From Diplonema japonicum (taxonomy: Eukaryota; Protista; Euglenozoa: Diplonemea), in NCBI GenBank assembly GCA_964019335.1, contig OZ025667.1:124001-188000 (forward strand): a stretch of DNA of 64,000 nt, given 5' to 3'. The notes under the pieces were generated by a model. It saw only the letters and a list, made by a program, of their open reading frames with translations. It was not told the origin of the DNA and searched no databases. Positions within the stretch are counted from its first letter, which is position 1. Each line of letters starts with the position of its first letter. Below, one piece after another: positions 53,899-63,807 of the stretch. A program made the position numbers and the translations under genes.

Positions 53899-56800
53899 AT
53901 GGCGCCCGATACTGCGAACATCCGGGTGATGGCGAGGGTGAACCCCAAGCCAGGGAGCGTGTGTCTGCACTTGGAAAACGGCGACACAATTATACCCCTG
54001 GAAGAGACGGGGGGGAGACACCACCACAAGTTCCATTTCGACAACGTATTCGACCAACAAGCGAAGCAGACGCAAGTCTTTGAAGAGGTTGGGAAGCCAA
54101 CCGTTGACAAGATCCTTCAAGGATACAACGGCACTGTCTTCGCATACGGGCAAACCGGATCAGGTAAAACACATACCATGCTGGCCCCGGAAGGGGGTAG
54201 CTCCCAGTGCCTCGATCCCTTAAACACCGAATCCTACGCACAACGGGGTCTCATCCCTAGAATGGCGACTGAGCTCTTCGAACGGCTTGAAGCCGCAACA
54301 CGTGAAAACAAAGCCCTTCAACACACTGTGACAGCGTCCTACTATGAAATCTATAACGAGGAGCTGATCGATCTGTTAAGGCCAGCAAATGACAAACGGA
54401 AGATCCGGTTAGAGGGGACGAAAGAAACGTTCAAAATCAGCGGTTTGGTGGCTGCGACACTGGAAGGTCCTGCGAAGCTTTTGGACCTCATTGCAAAGGG
54501 GACGGCAAAGCGGCATGTGGCGAGCACGGCGATGAACGACACGAGCAGCAGGAGCCACAGCATCATTCAGATCAACATCGTGCAGAACGACACAGTGCTG
54601 AAGCACATCACCACGTCGCAGCTGAACCTCGTCGACCTCGCAGGGTGCGAGAGCTTGGGGAGAACAGGCGCCACAGGACAGACCGCTTTTGAAGGCACCC
54701 GGATCAACTTGTCGCTCACAACGCTCGGTATCGTCATCAGCCAGCTGTGCAGAAACGAGAAGTACATCTCCTTCCGTGACTCTCTTATCACACGTGTCTT
54801 GCAGAACTCGCTCGGAGGGAACGCCCTCACTACTGTCGTGGTCACAATGTCACAGCTGCGTGAGAATTACGCAGACACAGTATGTTTGTATTAACCATCT
54901 TCACAACACAATAGATGTCAGTGCTGCGATTCGCGGAACGTGCAAAGCAGATTAAGAACAAGGCACGAATCAACAAACAGCGAACTGCTGCAGAGTGGCA
55001 GATGCTCTGCAAGCAAGCGGAGGAAGAGGTGGAGGTACTGAAGCAACGACTGCTTCTTGCCGGTGCGAGAACGCTGTCGCCCCTGCACGGACCTGATCAA
55101 GTTCAGGATCTCAAGGCAAGGCTTGCCGCAGAACTTGTTGCGCAGGATGATCTTAAAGAGCTGCTTGCTGAGAAGGAGAAGGAGAACTTCCGATTAGAGA
55201 AGAGACTGCAGAGCACAGCTGACGAGCTTGATGAGTATGGGATAACCTTTTGTGTTTGATGTCATTTCTTTTTACAGAACGAGAAATATACTGGACGACA
55301 CGGAGCTGGAGAAATGCGAGAACGCAGCTATGTACCACGCGATGCAGGACCAGCTGAAGCAGACGAAGGAAGAAGTGGTTGCAGAGCGCACCGCTAAGAC
55401 CCGTCTGCAGAACCAAATAAACAAGCTCGAGATCGAAATGGCGGGCATGAGCGAGGAGCTGAAACACCGCGAGGACCAGGTGGTGGTCTCCAGCAGCAAC
55501 GAGATGATGGAGAAGACAGAGAAGATCCTCTCGCTGGAGAGAGAGATCGAAAGCCTGAGGGAACAGCTTCTGAAGAGAGACAAGGAGATAGCAAACATGA
55601 AACAAATGTGGGAGGCAAAGGAGGAATCGTTCAACAAGCAGATCAGCGCGCTGAAGAACATTGGCTCCGACAGCACCATCGAAGAAGCTATCAAAGCGGC
55701 ACTCGAACAACAGAGCGGCACAGCTGATATGTTAAAGATCGAGAACGACGCACTGCGCGCAGAGGTGCAGGAGCTGAAGCAGAAGATTGTGAAGAACTCC
55801 ACTGACCTTGCCACACAGGCGGCGGAAGCAGCAAGCGCAAAGAAGCAAGTCGAAGCCTTCCAAATAATACAAGAGAAGAACAAGGCAAGCCACACAGAAA
55901 TGCTCGCAGCAGTTAAGCGTAACGCGCAAGAATCCGCCGCCCTGAAGCAAGACAATCTGAGACTCAATTGGAAGCTTGCGGGCGGCACAGCTAGGGTTGA
56001 CTCCCTACTGAAGTCCACAGAAGCAGAAAGGGACCACGTCATGAAGGAGCTAGACACACTCATGAGGAACTACCACACCTGCAAAACAGAGCTGGAAGAA
56101 GCTCAACATGAGAACAAGCGTCTCAACGACCAACTCCGCGAGGTGGAGCTCGTGGAGTCACGTCTGGAGGTGTGTATACCTATATTCTTCAATTCACTCT
56201 CAATCACCACAGAACGAAGCAGAGAAGGCAAGAGAGGAGGTGTACACACTAGGGAGGACTGTGTCCATGTACAACGGGAAGATGAAGCAGAAGGACGACA
56301 ACATGACCAGCATTAAGGTTTTGATTTTTTTTTCTACTAATCTTTTTCACCCCCCCCCCCCCCACAGAATTCGATGAAGGGCCTGGCACAGTTGATCTTG
56401 AAGAGCAACCTTCCAAGATCGGAGATGGACGACATGCTGCTGGTTGTGAACCGCATCGCAGAACCAAAGGACAGGGATATGATCGATAAGCTGGCGGACA
56501 AGATTTACGACGAGAAAGCACAGCACGAGCTGGTGGGACATGTGGTGGCGGTCATGGAAGACAGGATAGCTGATGTACGATCCATGGAGGCAAAGGTAGA
56601 AGCCATTGCTAGAGACGACGATGTCGTACCTGAGTCGTTGAAAGAGAACCTTTCCATGCTCAAAAGGCAGCTGGGGAAGGTTATGGAAGTGCTTTCTATC
56701 AGGGAGTACACGCACCCGGAGGATGAAGACCAGCGACAAGATATGCTTCCCGCCGCCACGGTTTTGCTAGAAAAGGTCAAGGGCATGGAACACGAGCTGG

Positions 56801-56907
56801 AAGAACTTCAAAGCATGGGTAAATCTGGCACCCACGCCGTGTGCCCTTTCTGCCAAGAACTTTTCGACAAAAAGCTAATCCGGAGTCACGTAAACCAGGC
56901 GCACTGA
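53899..56907 (+). CDS. N-terminal-motor kinesin with coiled-coil stalk and C-terminal zinc finger, 5 exons
   Basis: GQTGSGKT, SSRSH, DLAGCE and ISFRDSLITRVLQNSLGGN. Introns 54880-54914, 55235-55277, 56170-56212 and 56318-56367 join the ORFs in frame (e.g. DTMSVLRFAERAK). Confidence 0.9.
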
Positions 56908-57564
56908 ATGGGGAGGGGAAAAAAAAAAAAGTTTAAAATTAGTTTTAAAAAGAAAATCAAAAAAAAAAAATACAAGTTTCACTTCAACCCTTTGTGCGAA
57001 AGAAAAATAAAAATCAGCTGTAAATCTGATGTCACATTTTTTTTTATCTCCCTTCGTGTTTTGTCGATTTTTTTTTTCCCCCCGTTCGTGAAAATTCCAA
57101 GAGCATGTGCAGAAAAAAATAGAATAATCCTTAAGGATGAATACCCGGAAAAAGAAAAGGGAGAACAACGTTCACTGGGGTAGGTCGAGGACGAAATTTA
57201 AAATTAAAAGGACGGAAAATCCCATCCTGTCCTTTGTGATGGTACCAAAAAAGAAAGAAAAAAAAGGAGGGAGAACCAGAAAAGTGTTTTTTTTATTCTT
57301 TCATTTTCTGTCTTTAGCACCTTAGTACCAGGTTACTAAGGTTTTGTTCCTTTTTTTTTGCGAACAACAAAGACATATAGTCATAAAGAATTATTTTTTT
57401 TTTTTTCCATTTCCTTGCACAGTCCTTCTTTGCAGCTTTTTCTTTATTTAGTCTTCTTTTTTTTTCTTCTTCTTCCTTCTCCCTCTTCCTTGTCTTGTAC
57501 TGAGTTTCTTTCTTACAAAGTTTTTTTTCTTTTTTCTTTTTTCTTTTTTCTTTTTTCTTTTTTC

Positions 57565-59062
57565 TGCATCCTCCCAGCGGCGCTCTACGGAGTGCTCTAC
57601 ACACCGCCCACGGACTCGCTTCTGGACTCCCTCAGGAAGAAGATTACCTCTTGCATATGGGGCCCACACAACCCGACTCGCTCATCGGGAGCCCTCCTTG
57701 GGGTGGCTTTCAAAGGTCACAGGCTGGACCCTTATTCAGCAGCCGCATACCGCAGAATCACGACGTTTGCGCGAATGATGCAAAGCGACGAAGGGTCCAG
57801 GGCACTCGTTAAAACGTGCAGGGACAAGTACAAGGAAGCCGCCCGGGGCGGGAGCCCCCTCGGCCCTTGCGGGATGCTCGGACAGACCCACGAACTGCTG
57901 GGGGAACTGGGGTCCAGCTGGGCGCAGTTCGCGCGGCAATGGGTACCCCTGGAGGCCATGAAGCACGAGGTCAGGAAGCTCCTGAAGGTCCACCTGCGAA
58001 CGGCCCTAGAAGAGAGCAGACCCTCCTTTCAGGGGACGGGCAACATCGACGAGAAGGCCACCAACGGGCTACACTTACACCTGGCGACTCGCAATCCGCC
58101 CAAAGCTCGAAGGGTGCTACAGGTGATAGTGGGGGCCGTTTTCCCATTCCACCCCAAGGTCATCAATGACACGGTCGGGGGGCGGACGAAGTGCATGGGC
58201 TGCGACGCTACTTTCGACGTTTCACAACATACGTCAAGGCTCCTGGAGCACACCCTCTGGGACTGTCAGGCACACGAGCACATCAGGACAGCATCCGAGA
58301 AGCGGGCGGCACTATGCGCACAACGTAAGGCCCCGGTGCACACAACTGCATGGCATTGCGACGGGGGGGCTCGTGCTGAGTTACAGCTAATGATGGCGGA
58401 GATTACTGGCAACTTGCAACTCGCCTTTGCACGAAAGAAGACTGTGGACTTTAGTGTTCACTTGTGGAACAGGCCCTTCGAGAAGGGGTGTTTGCTCAAG
58501 CCGCGGTCACTGAGGTGGTACTACGACAACGGTTTGAGGCAACAGTACCTCCCGCGACTATTCCCGCACGTCATCCGATGGCTCTCGGCCCTTCACTGGG
58601 GTACAACAGGTGGACAGGTATCCAGGCTTGAGCTGGCCGTGGACTTCATTGCCACAGAAGGACTCTCGCCTTGTGGAGAGGGTGAGGACATCCAGGAGAG
58701 CGCGCGTGTCATAGGCCGGGTGATAGCGGCACTAGAACGCATCCACACCAATAAGCGCATAGCGCCCCTCATTCCAGCTGCTTCGGTAGCCTCTGTCCAC
58801 TCCCTACGCACGTTGGGTTACTACAACGGCTCCATAAGGGGCTACTCCTCTAGACCGGTATTCGCCTCCCCGGCGACCCGCCACATCCTTGAGAAACAAC
58901 TGTACAACTATTGTGTCCTTACCAACTCGGTTGAGGGTTTTATACCTAAGGTACCGAGGAGGGCGAACGAGGGGCCGAAGGCCACACCACAGCAGAAAGG
59001 TTCGATCAAGAGATAGATTGAGACTCTTCAGGCGTCCTGCCACATACCGCAGGTACCCTTAA
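57565..59062 (+). mobile_element. 5'-truncated non-LTR retrotransposon remnant (post-RT region, CCHC knuckle, C-terminal domain)
   Basis: ILPAALYG (thumb-like), CMGC...EHTLWDC, PRCTQLHGI in an alternative frame, W..L.W...VSRLELAVDF; no ATG, begins abruptly after a T-rich tract. Confidence 0.8.
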
Positions 59063-59799
59063 ATGTCTCTTTTTTTTTTCTTTTTTCTTTTTCTTTTTTA
59101 CTTTATACTAACTGTCTTCCCCCTATTACGCCCCCCACCCCCCTCCTCCCCCTCCTCCTCCCAGCCTTGTTTTGCTGCTTTTTGCCCTTTTTGCAAAGGA
59201 AGTATGGCGAGAAGAAGAAAATAAAAGAACACGAAAGAAAAGAGACCGGAAAAAGAAAGAAGGAAAAAAAAAAAATGAAGGGACAATCCGCCTCTTTATC
59301 TTTCAAAACAATAGAAGCAGGGAAAAAATACAAAAAAGGGGGGTTGGGGGGAGAACGAAAGTTTGTTTAAAAGAAAGGCTTGATGCTCGTGTCCAACCTA
59401 ATGCCGATGGAGGTGGAGGGGGGTGGGGAAGAAACCCTGTTTCTTTTTAAACTCTTCCATCCTCCAACGAGCGAAAACTATTCCGAATGATTAGACAAGG
59501 CTTGGGGCCAAAAAAAAAAAAATGACTATCGATTCTGCTCGCTCCCTCCGTCTTTTTGGTGGACCGTTGCCACTACCCTTCCCCCATAGTGACCTTTTTT
59601 TATAGTGTTTTTTTTTCTCTTCCCCCCCCCTTTTTTTATGTGTTAAGGCCTATAAGCCTCCCTCATCTATCCTACTCGGAAAAGGGGGAAAATGAAAGAA
59701 AAATTCCTTTCCGAAAAAAAGAAAAAAAATTTTTCACTCTTCATTTTCTGTTAAAAGAAAAAGAAAAAAAGCCTACACCCCCCCCCAAAAAAAACAGGG

Positions 59800-62590
59800 A
59801 TGGACCATATTTGGAACTTAGTGGTCTTCTCATGGGCCGTCTTGTTGTGCAAAGCAGATGAGGTAAGATGGGTCCTTTTAGAAGTAAGCGAAGAAGGAGT
59901 GGTGATCGCCGACGAGGGCATACGAACAGGCGAGCCGAGCCAGAATAAGATTTTAGAAACTGAAGCGCATTTCAGTCTATATCACAACGAGGAGGGTGGG
60001 AATGGGCTGCATTTTCCGGACCCACGGTACATGCATCATGAACACCTCGACGAAACTGGCAAAGACTGGAATGGCACGGTGGTGAGGCATGAGAAGGGGT
60101 TTGTAGATGTAAGACTTCCATCGTCGGTGGACATGTTCCATGTACACCATGGCGGGAAGAAGTCTTCACATTCACTGAAGCGCAGAGGGACTTTGTTGCA
60201 ATCGACAACAACACGCAACCCTGAGGTGGTGGAGTTCCAGACTGTGGCCAATGTGAACGACACTGTTAACATTGTTTTCCTGTCGGGGTGCTACGCTAGC
60301 TCCTCGCGGGACAAGTTTATATCGGATGTCAAGAGGTCTGTCCGCTTCCTGACGGGGATCACCACCTCGGAGGGCAGCATCCTCGTTCATGGGACGCCTC
60401 TCTCTTCGCAGCCTTTTAACCGCTACTTCACGCATTTTAACATTTTCGCGGTTTTTGAAGCCTCCCCGCAAGATGGTGCAAACCACCCCCTTGCCGACGG
60501 GTCCAATCCCAACCCGAAGCCCAACCGCCTGCAATGCAGCTACGGCACCACCATCAAGCGCATGCTGAGCTGCAACTTTGCACAGACACGTTCTCTCGCT
60601 AGCTACGCCCCTGCGTCAGACGTCATCCTCACGCTTGTCAACGACGATGAGTACGGCGGTGCAGGTGGGTCTGGTCAGGCTGCTATATACACCGGCAACG
60701 GTTTCGAAAAAGTCCTCATCCATGAGATCGGCCACGCTGCAGGCGACCTCTCTGACGAGTATGATTACGGCTTCGAGGAACAAGCCGCTCTGCACCTTAA
60801 GAACTGCGACAAAAACAAAAACTCCCCAACATGGAGCTACTGGCAACAGAAGTGGGCCGCACAAGGCAAGCCCACCACACCCTTGTCGACCTGCTCATAC
60901 AAAAACTACTTTCGCCCCACAGATGACTGTCTCATGAAATCGTCCGGCAAACCGAAACTCTGCGACGTATGCAGAGAGGCCCTCCTGAAGACAGCTATCT
61001 TGGACAAGAAGATCGACTTGTCAGTGCCCAGGTGCCCCCTCGTGAACGAGGTGCTGATCGTTAAGAACACCACAATAGGGTACCTCCACGTGAATCCTTC
61101 CATCCAGGATAAGTACCAGTATGAACACCCGAACCAGCTGTGGGGCCCGCCTTTCAAGATTGTGTGGGGCTGCAAGATGGCACCGTTTGGCGTGCCATGC
61201 CCGTCTGTGATCCCTTATGTGAATGGAACCGACATGACAGTAGGAGATTGCAGTGGAGGGGGGATGGAAGGGGTGGACTTATGTGGGTGGGGGAATACTA
61301 TAGGTGACTACGAGCTGCAGGTAACTGTGGTGGACACCGTGACAGGCGGGTGGACAGGGCAGACATCGCAAAGCGCCACGACATTCAAGTTCAAGGTTGT
61401 GGACGACCAGGGGTACGCGGCCAGCAACTGTAACAAGTACGACTGCAACACAAGATACGGCAAGGGCACGGGCGCAGCATGCAACGTGGGGCCCAACATG
61501 ACGGCATGCCTCAGCGCCAACTGCTACTGGCGCCGCTCCGACAAGACGTGCACCAACTTCTTCAGCGGTGCCCCTGGTTCCGGCGACTCAGGGTATAAAA
61601 TCTGCACCCTGTGCGAAGGCAGCCAGGACAAATGCGACATCACATTCAAAGCTCACCCCCAGTCAGCAGAATCCTTCACAGACGGGAAGACCACTGACAT
61701 CGACCCCGTCAACTTCGATTCCATCAAAGACCAACTGGGCGCATCAATATACATCATTATGATCTCGGCAGGGCTGTTTGGGCTCACCATGCTGTTCGCA
61801 CTTTACAAGACATGCAGCAAGACGTTTGGATACGACGAGAAGGAGGAGAAATACACTTCTTGCAACCAAGCACTCCGTATCGTGATCATGATCTTGTTCA
61901 CCATAATGGTGTGGACAGCCGTGGGGGTCGTCGGGTTCGGGGTGTACCTCTTCCTCCAAACTGAAATGGAAATATGGGGCAGTGCAATTGTAATCTTGGT
62001 CATTGTGTGTGGAGCTGGGATTTTCTCGGTGTCGTTCTTTGTATTTGGCGCTGTGGCGGGCAGGGAAAAGTGCAAGCTCGGGGCGTCTGGAGTAGTGTTG
62101 ACCATTGGAACAATTTTGATCGTCGTGCTAAGCATCATTATCCATGCAATGGCAAACAATGCTTCAGATGGTGCTGACAGGCCTCAAAATGCTACAGCAG
62201 AGTGGGAAGCTATTGACATCGATGAGATTGGCGTAAATATCAAGTGGATGGAGCACCTCCGGGACCTGTGGAAGACGGGGTCCCGTTCCTCCCCGAAGAT
62301 CATCTGCAAGTTCCAGGAGGAGATGAAATGCTCTGGTTTCCAGAAGTCGTGCTACAACATTGGTTCGAACAGTAGTTATTGCCCTGCAGACTGCAAGATA
62401 GGGAACACTTATGTGAACCCCTGCATGAACGTGCTTCAAAGAAAGCTTGCGAAGAACTTCAAAACCGCAAGCGCGGTCACTGTTGCTGTGTCGGCCACTC
62501 TTGGGTGCGGTGCTATTCTAGTGTGGTGGTTGTTCGGCTCATTATTCTGTTGCGCGAATAAGTCAGCTAACGAATATAGGTATGATTTTT

Positions 62591-62645
<55 letters not shown>

Positions 62646-62759
62646 GCTTACAATAACCCTGCCAAGCCACCTCCACCAAACTTCGCTCGCCCTCAGCAGG
62701 GGAACCACCACCGCCCGCCGCCCCCCCATGGTCAGTCCATCGAAATGGGGACTATTTAA
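59800..62759 (+). CDS. M64-family (IgA peptidase-like) metallopeptidase fused to a tetraspanin-like module, 2 exons
   Basis: Signal peptide; NIVFLSGCY, PFNRY...FNI, LVN..EYGGAG and HEIGHAAGDLSDEY; 5 TMs with a CKFQEEMKCSGF loop. Intron 62580-62644 gives ...YSAYNNPAKPPP...EMGTI* (TAA 62757-62759). Confidence 0.85.
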
Positions 62760-63807
62760 AAGTGAGGATAATGAGGGGAATGAAGAACAAAAAAAAGAAG
62801 CCAGTTAGAATAGACCAGCGTATTACCCCTGTTTTTTTCTTTAACAGTACCCGATTCGGTAACCCGCCTTGACTGGCGGGGCACAGAAGGGAATGTGCAC
62901 TCAGTTATAAAATTGAATTGGGCAAAAAAAAAAAAAGTGAGTAGGGACCGGGGGGGAAAAAAGAATTTTCCTTTGTTTTTTTTTTTCTTCTTCTTATCCC
63001 TACCCACTCCCCTTTACTTGACCTATCAGTTTTCTCTTAGGAAAAACAAAAAAAACAGAATTCTTAACAGAACCAAGAAAAAGAGAGAGAAAAGTAATTT
63101 TACAGGTGTAGAATGAAAGAAACAGAATTAGAAGAAGAGGGGGGAAACATAAAAAGAAAACCCAACTCGATTATTGCCCCCCCTATGTGCTGGGCCCCTT
63201 ACTCTATTTTGCCTCGGCCACCCCTCCCCCCCTTGGAAGAAAAAACGGAAGCTGATTTGTTTCACGTATTACTATTTATATTCTCTTTTTTTTTTCCAAG
63301 GAGCAGCAAGACCTTTGGCTGGTCTAGGTGTGTAACGACACCTCCCCTTAAGCGAGTCATTTCACGGAAGTCTGTGCCAGGGTGACGGGTGCTCGACAGA
63401 GACAAAATAAGGGCAAAACCTTGGCCGACTGCCAGGCACGCCATGTCTGAGAGGTGGCGCCGCACAGGATAGAAGCTCACTCCAATGTGTCGTTAGGCTA
63501 CAAACACCCCACCCATGGTAGTCGTACTGAGCGCCGTTTGACTTGTGTTACTTTGATGACTTAAAAGATCGAGTTTTCTTCTTTTTCTTTCGCAGACGCT
63601 GATGAGCGAAAGAGAAAAAAGGGAGCATAAAGGATAGACCCCCCCCCCCCCCCCAACGGGTGGTCATCAAGTGAGATCTGCCCTTAAGCATCGCCTTATT
63701 TTTAAAGCCCCCCTTCCTGTTCTTTCTTCCTAAATGTTTTTATGTGTCGTTTATCTTAGCTTAGTGTGGACAGAATACCCCTGAACAGGTGACGACATCA
63801 GAAAGAA

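Noticed and set aside
32359-57398. Exact 25,000-bp spacing of the family-2 copies, and three first introns at +981
   Set aside because: Two of the +981 cases are paralogues; the rest is best treated as coincidence.
825-62759. Stop-codon reassignment, frameshifting or non-canonical introns as the cause of broken ORFs
   Set aside because: Every break in a host gene is resolved by a short GT-AG intron, and TAA, TAG and TGA all serve as terminal stops.
539-63480. Many minus-strand and poly-K/poly-F ORFs in the track
   Set aside because: They are antisense shadows of + genes or translations of homopolymer tracts; only the piggyBac fragments have recognisable motifs. Upstream ORF extensions (4728, 7918, 41150, 43296, 46055, 57358) are likewise spurious.
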